Shown here: in pieces, positions 10,514 through 21,182 of the stretch
Layout: every line of letters begins with the position of its first letter
Position numbering within the stretch: the stretch's first letter is position 1
Assembly (NCBI GenBank): GCA_024277115.1
Contig: JAJRVW010000044.1
Location: forward strand, 5,208-69,207
Source: Calditrichota bacterium
GTDB lineage: Bacteria > Calditrichota > Calditrichia > Calditrichales > J004
Length of the DNA: 64,000 nucleotides
Reading direction: 5' to 3'
Program-made: the position numbers and the translations under genes
Notes under the pieces: generated by a model
Told to the model about the DNA's origin: nothing
Seen by the model: the letters and a program-made list of their open reading frames with translations, nothing else
The model's database searches: none

Positions 10514-10927
10514 TTACTGTTCCAGAATAAGGCTTTCTATTCCCTTAATGCCCATCTGGCCAACGCCACTCAACATTTCCCTGGCCTGCTCTTCTGTGTT
10601 TTCCTCTACATCAAATTCCCATTGCCAGTCAATGATCGCTTTATCATTATTTTCCCGTACCTTCATCATGCCTAAAATATTGCTGATTGGCATCATATTT
10701 TGTTGCGGAATGGCATAGTGAAGTTCCCGGTTGTCGTCGTCTACTTTTAAAATATCTTCGGTAAACGCGCCATCATCAGTGGAACAGAACCTTTTGTCGC
10801 CTTCCACACGGCAGGTATTAATTGGCGCCAACCATTTATCCACGCCATCAACAGCCCCAACAATTTCCCAGGCTTTTTCGGCCGGTACATCTATCGCTAC
10901 TGAAATCTTATGCTCAGACTTATTCAT
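10514..10927 (-). CDS. SRPBCC (polyketide cyclase/dehydrase-like) family protein
   Basis: 137 aa with ISVAIDVPAEKAWEIVG... and a pattern typical of the Polyketide_cyc2 fold. Confidence 0.55.
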   Translation of the reverse strand: MNKSEHKISVAIDVPAEKAWEIVGAVDGVDKWLAPINTCRVEGDKRFCSTDDGAFTEDILKVDDDNRELHYAIPQQNMMPISNILGMMKVRENNDKAIIDWQWEFDVEENTEEQAREMLSGVGQMGIKGIESLILEQ

Positions 10928-11001
10928 AGTTTTCTCCTTTGTTTTGTTGTGAAGTAAGTATGGAAAAAGATAAAGAAGGCGGAAGTAAATCGTTTGGGCA
11001 A

Positions 11002-11865
11002 TCAGATCAAAGTTTTGGCTTTTTGGTTCAATCGGAAATTTGAAGGAGAAATATTGTACTTTCCCTGAAATGATTTTGAAAAATGGGCAAGATCATTAAA
11101 CCCGCATTCATACGCAATATCGCCAATTCGCTTATCAGAAAGGTGTAATAATTGCGATGCCCTTTCCAGTTTTTTGTTTTTTATATATCTGGCCGGACTG
11201 TCATTATAGATTAGTTTAAACTGTCTTTTAAAAGAGGAAAGGCTCAGGTTAGCCAGGCAGGCAAGGTCTTCGCTGGAAATATCTGAAAAAATGTGCGCCT
11301 CGATTATTTGTTGTAACGAATACGTTTCAGGGGAAAACAACGCGGATAATATCTGTCTTACGGCGCGGGTATTTTTTGTCTGGTCTAATAACAAGATCAA
11401 TTCTTTTAACTTTAATATTAACAACTCTTCATTTACAACTTGCGGGTTTTCAAAATAAAACAAAATACTGTCAATATATTTCATGATTAGTTTATCACTT
11501 TTAACCCTGACCATACTGCTCTCGCCGTAACTTTTATCTTGCGATTGAAGAAATTTGGGAAGCTCGTTCGCATAGATTTTTTTTAGCACATCCGGATGAA
11601 AATGAATAGCAATAGCCTGATATTTTTTTGAACTTTGTGACGGCAGCATTTTAGAGATATAATTACCGCACTTCATCAAAACAGATTCTTTTGCCTGGAT
11701 TTCCAACCTTTCAACCTCGGCTATCGAAAGTGCCACCCCCTCGATTATAAAGAGAAAACACGCCTCGTTAAGCATCAGGTTTGGTTTCTTGAAAGGCGCT
11801 TCAATAATGGCCTTTTCAAAGATCATTTTGCCAAATAGATCATATTTTTTATGTTCAAGTATCAT
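11002..11865 (-). CDS. AraC-family transcriptional regulator
   Basis: C-terminal dual HTH: LANLSLSSFKRQFKLIYNDSPARYI...IAYECGFNDLAHFSKSFQGKYNISPS. Confidence 0.8.
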   Translation of the reverse strand: MILEHKKYDLFGKMIFEKAIIEAPFKKPNLMLNEACFLFIIEGVALSIAEVERLEIQAKESVLMKCGNYISKMLPSQSSKKYQAIAIHFHPDVLKKIYANELPKFLQSQDKSYGESSMVRVKSDKLIMKYIDSILFYFENPQVVNEELLILKLKELILLLDQTKNTRAVRQILSALFSPETYSLQQIIEAHIFSDISSEDLACLANLSLSSFKRQFKLIYNDSPARYIKNKKLERASQLLHLSDKRIGDIAYECGFNDLAHFSKSFQGKYNISPSNFRLNQKAKTLI

Positions 11866-11942
11866 AGTTGTAAACTAAAAACCCCTGCTCTTGAAGTATT
11901 GAAAATTTAGTCCAATAATTTTAATAATTAGCTCAGATCGGC

Positions 11943-13034
11943 CTAAACCAGCCCGGCTTTCTTAAGCATTGCAAATTCCTGCTCAAAATTAGGTGTAAAG
12001 ATTCCTGTTCCAAGATTCTTTCGTATTTCAAACAAGGTCCAAAAACGGCCGTCGCTAATCTCTTCAGAATTTAATTTAAACGGGCCGCTTCTGACAATCT
12101 TAAAAGTATGCACCAATTCGCTTTCCCACTCATTGCGCATCACATATCTAAAAAGAGGGACCGCTTTTATGGCGTTTAAACCTAACTCTTCTTCTGCTTC
12201 GCGCATCAAAGCCTTGTTGATTGTCTCCCCACTGGCAACATGCCCTCCAACTGCTGTATCCCATTTCCCGGGAAGTAAATCTTTTTTTTCGCTTCTTTTT
12301 TGCAGGAACAAACGGCCCTGCTTATTAAACACATGCAGATGAACAACCGCGTGGAGCAGCTTCGGGTTGCCATGAAAATGGCTGCGCGGCGCTTTGCCTA
12401 AAACTTTTCCATCCGTATCAATCGCATCAAACCATTCTTCGCCCGGCGCTGCCTGCGGGCGTGCAACTTTATTTTTTATAAAACGCAAGTAGAGCCATTG
12501 CCCGCCAAAAATCAAGGCAACAATCACATAAAACAACCCACCGGAAATAAAAGCCCACATTTCACGGCCGGCATATTCTGCCGACCAGATAATCAAAAGC
12601 ACATGTAAAAACAAGATGACCGTCATTACCCGCGTCATCAATTTTATCCGTTTCTCCTGGAAGGGTTGCAGGTTTATATCCGGCATATAGCGCTTGCCCA
12701 TCAAGAGCAGCAAAGGTTTGTTGGTAAAGCCATGGATGGCCAAAACGACAACCAGGATAAATTCCAATACGGCGGGTTTTAATTTAAAGAAGAAATCATT
12801 TTTCAAGACAAGGGAAACAGCCCCAAACAGGACCAGCAAGCCAATATCAAACAGGATAAATTTTTCGATTGTTTTATTTTTTAGATAAAAATAGACCAGC
12901 TCCAGGGTGCCCACTACCAGGGCAACTATAATCCCGACGATGGCGCCGTAAATTAAATCGGCGATTAAAAAAATAAGGATCGGGAAAAAACCAATGCTAA
13001 AATTAAAAAGGATTTCTTTTCTGTTCAGTTTCAT
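11943..13034 (-). CDS. Fusion of a polytopic membrane domain (IspZ/YciB-like) with a C-terminal NUDIX hydrolase
   Basis: The N-terminal ~190 aa contain about 5-6 TM helices. The C-terminus has a canonical Nudix box, GGHVASGETINKALMREAEEELGL. Confidence 0.7.
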   Translation of the reverse strand: MKLNRKEILFNFSIGFFPILIFLIADLIYGAIVGIIVALVVGTLELVYFYLKNKTIEKFILFDIGLLVLFGAVSLVLKNDFFFKLKPAVLEFILVVVLAIHGFTNKPLLLLMGKRYMPDINLQPFQEKRIKLMTRVMTVILFLHVLLIIWSAEYAGREMWAFISGGLFYVIVALIFGGQWLYLRFIKNKVARPQAAPGEEWFDAIDTDGKVLGKAPRSHFHGNPKLLHAVVHLHVFNKQGRLFLQKRSEKKDLLPGKWDTAVGGHVASGETINKALMREAEEELGLNAIKAVPLFRYVMRNEWESELVHTFKIVRSGPFKLNSEEISDGRFWTLFEIRKNLGTGIFTPNFEQEFAMLKKAGLV

Positions 13035-13167
13035 AGTTCAATATAATAAAATCAGGATTTTTTTCTTTATTAAAAAGGTTGTTCTGTTATAGCAATACTT
13101 GTTGATTTTTAATACATTTCAGCAAGTTATTTACTAACATATTTTCATTTACTTATATTGGTGCATT

Positions 13168-14430
13168 ATGAAAAAAAAAAATGTATTATCGCTGTTTTCT
13201 GGATGTGGTGGAATGGATCTTGGTTTTGAAGGATGCTTTACTGTATTCAAGGAGTCGATAAATACAAAATTAAATAAAGATTGGATTCAAGAAGAATATA
13301 AAAACACTTACCTTTTAAAAAAAACTATGTTCGAAACTGTTTTTGCCAATGATATTTTAAACTATGCTAAAGCGGCATGGGTACCATATTTTAAACAGCG
13401 AGGAAAACATCCGGATATATTTCATGAAGAAAGTATAGTTGATTTGGTTAAAAAGTATCGAAATAATGAGTTCTGCTTTCCAGATAATATTGATGTTGTA
13501 ACTGGAGGGTTCCCTTGTCAAGATTTTAGTGTTGCTGGCAAGAGAAATGGTTTTAATTCACATAAAAATCACTATGGTAAAAAAAATGATAAAAACCAAC
13601 AAAGTCCTACAACAGAAAATAGGGGTCAGCTTTATATTTGGATGCGTGAAGTAATTAACATAACAAAACCGAAAGTTTTTATTGCTGAAAACGTAAAAGG
13701 TTTAGTTTCATTAGGTAATATAAAAGAAATAATTGAAAATGATTTTAGGACAATTGACGATGGGTATGTTGTTGTTCCTGCAAAAGTTTTAAATGCAAAA
13801 CATTTTGGTGTTCAACAAAATAGAGAACGAATATTTTTTATAGGTTTGAACAAAAGGTATCTGCAAAAACAAGTATTAGATATTTACAAGAGTAAAGTAG
13901 ACTTAAATCAATTCGATCCATACCCAAAACCTACACATAGTAAAAATAGCGGTTTTATTAAGGACGATCTTTTACCTTTTGTCACACTTGAAAAAATTCT
14001 ATTAGATTTATCTGAACCTGAAATTGAGAACAATGATCTTGCACAGATGCGTTATTCTAGAGCAAAATTTTTTAAGAACACACAAGGTAATGTAGAAATA
14101 AAATTAAATGATGTGTCCCCAACGATAAGAGCGGAACATCATGGGAATATAGAATTTAGAAGATTATCCAAAAAGAATGGTGGTAAACTCGACTTTGAGC
14201 TTTCAAAAAAACTACCTGAACGACGACTAACTGTGCGAGAGTGTGCAAGGATCCAAACTTTTCCAGATAATTACCAATTTGTACGTGAAACAAATAAAAA
14301 AACAAATTATGCTTTGTCAGCCTCAGGTGCATATAAAGTAATAGGAAATGCCGTACCACCTTTATTAGTATACCATATTGCGAAAAAGTTAGAATCTCTT
14401 TGGCAGTCTATCTTTAAGGAAGAAAAATGA
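13168..14430 (+). CDS. DNA (cytosine-5)-methyltransferase (type II R-M methylase)
   Basis: Motif I FSGCGGMDLGF, motif IV GGFPCQDFS, motif VI ENV, motif VIII QQNRERIFFIG and motif X GNAVPP. Confidence 0.92.
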   Translation: MKKKNVLSLFSGCGGMDLGFEGCFTVFKESINTKLNKDWIQEEYKNTYLLKKTMFETVFANDILNYAKAAWVPYFKQRGKHPDIFHEESIVDLVKKYRNNEFCFPDNIDVVTGGFPCQDFSVAGKRNGFNSHKNHYGKKNDKNQQSPTTENRGQLYIWMREVINITKPKVFIAENVKGLVSLGNIKEIIENDFRTIDDGYVVVPAKVLNAKHFGVQQNRERIFFIGLNKRYLQKQVLDIYKSKVDLNQFDPYPKPTHSKNSGFIKDDLLPFVTLEKILLDLSEPEIENNDLAQMRYSRAKFFKNTQGNVEIKLNDVSPTIRAEHHGNIEFRRLSKKNGGKLDFELSKKLPERRLTVRECARIQTFPDNYQFVRETNKKTNYALSASGAYKVIGNAVPPLLVYHIAKKLESLWQSIFKEEK

Positions 14431-15482
14431 TAGTAACTCATTCAAACAGAAACATAGAACATGAAGCATTTACAGCTCTACTTGATTCCTCTATTAAAAT
14501 ATTAGAAGACGAGACTCAAAAAAAACCAGAATATTTTATCAAAAGAACAGGACAGAAGCTTGAAGAAGACATAACAAGCATCTTAAAAAGTTCATCTGTT
14601 GGTACTCTCTTCGATGGAAAAATCGAAAGAATTTCCGGACAAAGATTTCCTGACATTGTTGCATGGGTAAACAAGAACAAAGCTTTTGGTTTAGAAGTAA
14701 AGACAACTATACAAAACCACTGGACTTCAACGGGTAGCAGTATCTTTGAAGGGACGAGAGTAGAAAATGTTGAAAGAATATATTTATTATTTGGTAAACT
14801 ATTCCAGCCAATAGAATATAAATATCGTAGGTATGAAGAATGTCTTTCTAATGTGGCAATTACACATTCTCCAAGATACTTAATTGATATGGATTTGAAC
14901 TTAGATGAAACTATATTTTCAAAGATTGGTATTGAATACGACAACTTAAGGAAATTAGAAAACCCTTTCTTACCTATTAAGAATTATTTTAGGAAAATTT
15001 TAAAAGATAAGAATGAAGATGTTTGGTGGATTGATGGAACGGGTGAACATACTGTTGACTTAGCTGTGCGCCATTGGACTAATCTTACACCAATTCAAAA
15101 AGAAAATTTTAGAATAGAAGCTTTTGTTTATTTTCCTGAACTATTTGGAAAGGGCCAAAAAAAATATTCTAGACTCGCTGCTTGGTTAGCTTCACGCCAT
15201 GGTGTTATTAACCCGTCTTTACGTGATACTTTTACAGCAGGTGGACAAAAATTAATTTCTTCTCAATATTTTCCAAAAATATTTTATCATTTATATTTGA
15301 ATAAAAATACGATTTTTAATATGGTCGAAAACATAGAACAAGATGATATTAGCTTTTATTGGGGAGTTTCAAAAATAAAAAAAAACAAAAGACAAACATG
15401 GATAGACTTATGTCTGGAATATGCAAAGGAACAATTAGACCAAAATAAATTATTAATCTTAAAAACACTTCTTTCTGAATAA
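14427..15482 (+). CDS. Putative type II restriction endonuclease (PD-(D/E)xK fold), family not recognised
   Basis: The start overlaps the methylase stop (ATGA). The motif FPD-x13-EVK (RFPDIVAWVNKNKAFGLEVKT) is present. The gene sits between the C5-MTase and vsr. Confidence 0.55.
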   Translation: MIVTHSNRNIEHEAFTALLDSSIKILEDETQKKPEYFIKRTGQKLEEDITSILKSSSVGTLFDGKIERISGQRFPDIVAWVNKNKAFGLEVKTTIQNHWTSTGSSIFEGTRVENVERIYLLFGKLFQPIEYKYRRYEECLSNVAITHSPRYLIDMDLNLDETIFSKIGIEYDNLRKLENPFLPIKNYFRKILKDKNEDVWWIDGTGEHTVDLAVRHWTNLTPIQKENFRIEAFVYFPELFGKGQKKYSRLAAWLASRHGVINPSLRDTFTAGGQKLISSQYFPKIFYHLYLNKNTIFNMVENIEQDDISFYWGVSKIKKNKRQTWIDLCLEYAKEQLDQNKLLILKTLLSE

Positions 15483-15491
15483 TATTATATT

Positions 15492-15917
15492 ATGGATAAG
15501 TATAGTCCTGTAATTAGATCAAAAATGATGAAAGCGGTAAAATCTAAAAACACTAATTTAGAAAATTTTATTGCTGATTTCCTTTGGAAAAGTGGAGTTA
15601 AATATCGCAGAAATACTAAATCCTTAAAAGGTAAACCTGATTTTTCACTTAAAAAATATAAAATAGTTTTATTTATAGACTCATGTTTCTGGCATGGATG
15701 TGAAGAACATTGTAGAATGCCAAAATCAAATATTTCATTTTGGAACGCAAAAATCAAAAAGAACAAATTTAGAGATAAACAAGTAACTGAATATTATCTT
15801 AAGCAAAACTGGACTATCTTACGTATTTGGGAACATGATATTTTAAATAATGAAGAATCTATAAAAAAGAAAATATTATTCACCTTCCAAACTGTTGGTG
15901 CTATCTCATTACTTTAA
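15492..15917 (+). CDS. vsr: Very-short-patch repair endonuclease
   Basis: Aligns by eye with E. coli Vsr: RSKMMKAV, KGKPDFSL, FIDSCFWHGC, FWNAKIKKNKFRD, WTILRIWEHD. Confidence 0.85.
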   Translation: MDKYSPVIRSKMMKAVKSKNTNLENFIADFLWKSGVKYRRNTKSLKGKPDFSLKKYKIVLFIDSCFWHGCEEHCRMPKSNISFWNAKIKKNKFRDKQVTEYYLKQNWTILRIWEHDILNNEESIKKKILFTFQTVGAISLL

Positions 15918-16172
15918 ATGAAAACAAGTATTAAAGACATTCCCTCTTACAAATACCTGTTTACCCAAATGTCATATCAAATTTTGACCATTAAATTATT
16001 CATCCCATTTTAAGTTTACTTGTAAAACAATTATATACTTTTTATGTGGTTATAAAAAGATTTTTTGTGTTTGCTATTTGTTATCAATGATATTATTAGT
16101 TTTCACCATTTCATAAAAAAACAAAAAATCATTTTGAACTCAAAAAATTTATGTGTTATATTGCGCGTTCAG

Positions 16173-19100
16173 ATGTCCCCATGGAAGAATTTATGTATTT
16201 TGGAGTTAAAGTTGAAGATTAATATTAAAGATTTAAAGGATAAAGTACCCGATATTATTTTCCGGCAAGGGCTGGACTATTTTAAAGATGGCCGGGTAAA
16301 AGTCCAGAACACAGATAACCTGGCTGTTATGGCAACCGTTCATGGTACCTATCCTTATGTGGTTAAACTCAATGTGGACGGGACTTCTTTTTCCAGCACA
16401 TGTACCTGCCCTTATAAATACGTCTGCAAACATGCCGTGGCCGTGGCCTTAAAAGTAATCGAAGACCAAAGTACCGCCGAAGAAAGTAACGTGGTTGAAT
16501 CTACCGACTGGCGTGAATATTTTGAACGCTTGATCGCCATCCAACAAGTGGATAGCGAGTTTTCACAGGAAGTGCGCTGGAAATTAATTTATATCATCCA
16601 CGTCACAGAAAATTATTGGAATATAAAACCTGTAAAAGTTTACATGAAAAAAGACGGCACCTATGGCCGTGTGCAAGAACCTTCTTTTAACGAGCTTTCC
16701 GCTCAAAATGTGTTTCGCACCTCGGGCGATTTAATAACCATTTCGTATCTCGAACGTCTGCAATCGCAACAATCGACCGTTTATTTCCGTGGCCGTCTGG
16801 AAACCAGCTATCTCAAATTTGGCCTGGATGCCGGGCAAATATTTAACCTGCTACGTACCAGCGAACTCCATATAAAAAATGATGATGGCACCATCGGCAC
16901 ACGTATCCGCTTTGGGCGTAAACCCTGGCAACTTCGTTTTAAACTTATTGCCGAAGAAAACAGCTACCGTTTTCAACCCTTCTTTCAACGTGACAATGAA
17001 GAAGTTATAATCGACCACACCACAAATATTTTAACGGTAAACCCCATCTGGTTTTACCATAATGGCAAACTACACCAGTGTGTATTTCCTTTAAGTTATT
17101 CCTACATCAAATCTTTTGTAGATGAAAAACTGCATATCGGCGTTACCAAATCGGAATATGAATCGTTTATTTCAGACTATCTGGCCAAGCTGCCCATTTT
17201 CCCTTATGTGGATTTCCCGGCAGGGATTGAGGTTTATGAGATCCGTGAGATTACTGAAAACCGTTTATACATCGAAGAAATGGATGACCAACTGGTTGTC
17301 TCCCTCGCTTTTATGTACGAGAATATTGAAATTGCCTTTAGCCAAAGTAATGACCAATACCTGCAATACGACAACAAAACCAAGCAAATTATTCGTGTGC
17401 ACCGTGATTTGGAGATGGAGCAAATTGAGCGTGAAAAGGTTTTGGACAGCGGGATTGTTGAAGATACGCCCGGTTTATTTTATGCCACTTTTGAAGACTC
17501 CTTAGAGTGGTTGTTTGATGGCTTGCCTGCATTGGCAAAAAGTGGTTTTACCATCATGGGCGAAGAAAGCCTTGTCCGCTTCCGTGTAAAACGAGCCAAA
17601 GGAGATTTCGGTGTAAATATTTCTTCTGAGACAGATTGGTTTGATATTGAAGTTAATCTGGAATTTGACGGTGTACCTGTAAGCCTTTCCGAATTAAAGA
17701 AGGCATTGCGCGCCAATAAAAAATATATCAAACTGCGTGATGGGAGCATTGCCCGCCTGCCGGAAAAACTGATCGAGAAATTTAATTATATCATCAATTT
17801 TGGCAAGGTTGAAGATAACTCGATCCGTTTTGACAACCACCACATGACTTTTGTTGACAAACTGCTAGTGGAAGCCGACCACAAAAAACTTGATCCGATG
17901 AGCCAGGATAAACTAAAAAAACTGGATACTTTTGAAAAAATAAAAACATATCCTTTGCCTAAAAACTTTAAAGGCGAATTACGTGATTATCAAAAAGCGG
18001 GCTACGATTGGATGAACTTTTTGAAGGAGTTTTCTTTTGGTGGATTGCTGGCGGACGATATGGGGCTTGGCAAAACGATCCAGGCACTTTCCCTGCTCCA
18101 AAGGTGGCGCAGGACGATCCAAAATCCACAAGCCTGATTATTGCACCGACATCTGTGGTATTTAACTGGGTCAACGAGATTGGCCGCTTTACACCCGATC
18201 TAAAATACCTTGTACATTATGGTACACGCCGCTCCAAGGATATCCGCCGCTTGCAAAAATATCATCTGGTTTTAACAACTTATGGCCACTTAAGGCGTGA
18301 TGTAAGCTTTCTAAAAGATATGCGTTTTACCTATGTTATTCTCGATGAATCGCAAAACATAAAAAACCCCCAGTCGGAAACATCTAAAGCAGTGCGGCTT
18401 TTAGAAGCACAGAGCCGGTTGGCGCTAACCGGTACACCGGTGGAAAACAATACAATGGATTTATGGTCACAATTTGCCTTTGTAAGCCCTGGCTTACTTG
18501 GCGACCAGGCCTTTTTTAAAGATTCATTTATGCGCCCGATAGAAAAGGAAAAAAATGTACAGGTGGCCGATACTTTAAAACGCTTAATCTTTCCCTTTAT
18601 TTTACGGCGCACCAAGGAAGACGTGGCCAAAGAGCTGCCGCCCAAAGTTGAAAGCATCACACACTCCCCAATGCTGGAGGCGCAGCAGGCTTTGTATGAT
18701 AAATGGCGCATCAGTTATCGTGATAATATTTTGGAAGAAATCGAATCCAAGGGGGTGAACAAATCCAAGTTTAAAGTTTTAGAGGGCTTAACAAAATTGC
18801 GCCAGATCGCCTGTCATCCAGGCCTGGTCACAAAATCCTTCACCGAAAGTTCCGGTAAATTTGAGGCCTTAAAAGAGATGGTTGAAGAAATCATTTCCGA
18901 GAACCACAAGGTTTTAATTTTTAGCCAGTTTGTACAAATGCTGCAAATTATCAAACGCTATTTTGATGATACGGGCATCGCCTATTCTTACCTCGATGGC
19001 TCTACAAAAGACCGTCGTACGCCGGTAACAGAGTTTCAGGAAAATGAAGAAGTTAAAACCTTTTTGATTAGCCTAAAAGCCGGTGGCACCGGATTAAACC

Positions 19101-19357
19101 TTACTGCCGCCGATTATGTCATCCATTTTGACCCATGGTGGAACCCGGCCGTGGAAATGCAGGCTACGGACCGCGCCTACCGCATTGGCCAGACACGCAA
19201 AGTGTTTGCTTATAAATTGATCTCCAAAGACAGCGTGGAAGAGAAAATCGTAAAAATGCAGGAAAGTAAACGCGCCCTGGTAGAATCGCTTATCTCCACC
19301 GAAGAGTCATTCTTTAAGTCGTTGAAAAAAGACGATATTCTTGAGCTTTTTGAGTAA
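16173..19357 (+). pseudogene. SWIM zinc-finger / SNF2-family helicase split by a frameshift near 18096-18104 (pseudogene or sequencing error)
   Basis: SWIM motif CTCPYKYVCKH. SNF2 motifs DDMGLGKT (frame 0), then APTSVVFNW, LDESQNIKN, LTGTPVENN and AGGTGLNLT...DPWWNP...QATDRAYRIGQ in the -1-shifted frame. The two ORFs overlap at 18008-18137. The 5' start is uncertain (ATG 16173, or TTG at 16200/16212). Confidence 0.8.
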
Positions 19358-19368
19358 AAAGACAAAAA

Positions 19369-19398
19369 GGGCAAGATAGGTTTCATCCTGCCCTTTTT
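19369..19398 (+). terminator. Rho-independent terminator after the SNF2 gene
   Basis: GGGCAAGAT-aggtttc-ATCCTGCCC (one mismatch) followed by TTTTTG, 12 nt after the stop. Confidence 0.6.
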
Positions 19399-19464
19399 GT
19401 TTCCGGAATTGTTAAGTCAACGACTTTATTCAGCGATCGTGGCAGGGAAAACTGAAACAAAGCC

Positions 19465-19854
19465 ATGCAAAAAAAAGATGCCTTAAAACGCTACGTCCTC
19501 TTTCAAATCCCCGAACTTATTATCACCCTGCTTGTGCTTATCATTATCCGCCATTTTTTTGACTTCCCTTTTTGGATTATGCTTCTAATTATTTTAGCAT
19601 CAATACTAAAAGACATTATTATGTTTCCCTTTGTTTGGAAATCTTACCTTGTGCCGGATAAGGAAGACCAAGCCAATATTAAAGGACAGGTTTGTATTGC
19701 CACGGAGGATTTTGAGGAAAAGGGAATGGTGCGGGTAAATGGGGAGCTGTGGAAAGCGATCAGTTTAAAGCCTGTAAAAAAAAATGACCGGTTGCTTATA
19801 AAAAAAATTAATGGGCTGGCGCTTTTTGTGGAACCTATATTTGAAGACAATTAG
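19465..19854 (+). CDS. NfeD-like membrane protein (C-terminal OB-fold)
   Basis: Two N-terminal TM helices, then GQVCIATEDFEEKGMVRVNGELWKA...NDRLLIKKINGLALFVEP, typical of the NfeD C-terminal domain. No SPFH/stomatin partner is adjacent. Confidence 0.55.
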   Translation: MQKKDALKRYVLFQIPELIITLLVLIIIRHFFDFPFWIMLLIILASILKDIIMFPFVWKSYLVPDKEDQANIKGQVCIATEDFEEKGMVRVNGELWKAISLKPVKKNDRLLIKKINGLALFVEPIFEDN

Positions 19855-20945
19855 CTTTTTAAGTTCGGTTTCTCCAGGATCGGAAAAAGTTCTTTTTTCT
19901 CTGTTTGCTTTTTTGCCGTTTTCCAGTTAAAAATAAAACTGCCCAGTCCCTGGTTGCAGTTGCGGCACATATCGATATTTTCCCGATTGGTGTTCAACTC
20001 CTTTCGGAAAGCATTATACTTTTGGCCTTGCCAGATTTGATCGAGGTTTTCCCCGGCATTTATATTGCCCAATTCAAAGTCGCCATTTTTATCAAAGCAG
20101 CACGGTACAAGTGAGCCATCCCAGTTTATTAAGGTAGAAAGCCAAACACGGCTGCATGATTTTTTTGATTTGTTCTTCACAACCAAATTTTCACCATCAA
20201 AATTATAGCGACGGTATTTATCATTTTGCGGCAGCCAGTCCTTTGCCTCTTGTGTGTTATGAACCTCAATATTTTTTATAAGAAGGCGGTCGACCCCAAT
20301 TTCTTTTGCCAGTTTTTTTACTTCGGGCAATTGATGTTCATTATGCTTCATCACCAAAAATTGCAGGGCAATCAACGGCGTTTTAACTTTGCGCTGGCGT
20401 TTAATTTCCATAAAACGCGCCATGCCTTCAATCACTTTATCCACCTTGCCTTTTACACGATAATGTTCGTATACATCCTGTGTCACGCCATCCAAAGAAA
20501 CAATCATGCTGTCCAAACCGGAATCGATAGTAGCGTGGATAATTTCATCCGTAAAATAGTGGGCATTTGTACTCGTAGTAGTATAAATATTTTTAGCTTT
20601 GGCCTTTTCCACAAATGAAAGAAAATGTTTGTTAATGTACGGCTCGCCCTGATGATAGAGCAGAAGGAAAAAAAGTTCATCACCCATTTTATTGATAATA
20701 TTTTCAAATGTTTCCAGTGACATCTTGCCATTGGCGCGTTCCATATCCCCGGAGCCGGTAGTACAAAGCGGACATCGCAAATTACAAATATTTGTTGGTT
20801 CGATGGTTAAAATAGACGGTTTGCCCCACACAAAATATTTATTAAAAAGGGCAGAGATCAGAAAAGATGTCCCTGTTTTTATAAGGTTGGAAGCACGTCG
20901 CACATTTAACGAGCGCACCAGGTTCCAGAAGATTAATTCGTTCAA
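19851..20945 (-). CDS. Radical SAM protein with C-terminal SPASM domain
   Basis: CNLRCPLCTTG (CxxxCxxC) and a Cys-rich C-terminus, CSRVW...GSLVPCCFD...CRNCNQG. Confidence 0.85.
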   Translation of the reverse strand: MNELIFWNLVRSLNVRRASNLIKTGTSFLISALFNKYFVWGKPSILTIEPTNICNLRCPLCTTGSGDMERANGKMSLETFENIINKMGDELFFLLLYHQGEPYINKHFLSFVEKAKAKNIYTTTSTNAHYFTDEIIHATIDSGLDSMIVSLDGVTQDVYEHYRVKGKVDKVIEGMARFMEIKRQRKVKTPLIALQFLVMKHNEHQLPEVKKLAKEIGVDRLLIKNIEVHNTQEAKDWLPQNDKYRRYNFDGENLVVKNKSKKSCSRVWLSTLINWDGSLVPCCFDKNGDFELGNINAGENLDQIWQGQKYNAFRKELNTNRENIDMCRNCNQGLGSFIFNWKTAKKQTEKKELFPILEKPNLKS

Positions 20946-21182
20946 GTTTTTTAATAATCCTTTGATAGATTCAATTAAATTTCGGCGCTTTGGTAAATTT
21001 TTCTGATAAGGAATTACTCTAATAAATTAGTGTATAGTTCATTAATTGAAATTGTTATCATTTTTAAAGTGTGCTAATCTTACAAAAGATACGTTTTTTA
21101 TGGTACTCAGCAAAAAAATTGTTGTTAAACAAAAGTACCTGTAAATTCATTTAACCCGTTAAAAAAACCAAGATAGTCGCAA

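Noticed and set aside
18096-18104. Programmed ribosomal frameshifting in the SNF2 gene.
   Set aside because: I saw no X-XXY-YYZ slippery heptamer, no upstream SD-like stimulator and no obvious downstream hairpin. A single-base indel in a short A-run explains the junction more simply. It is kept as a frameshift finding, not as recoding.
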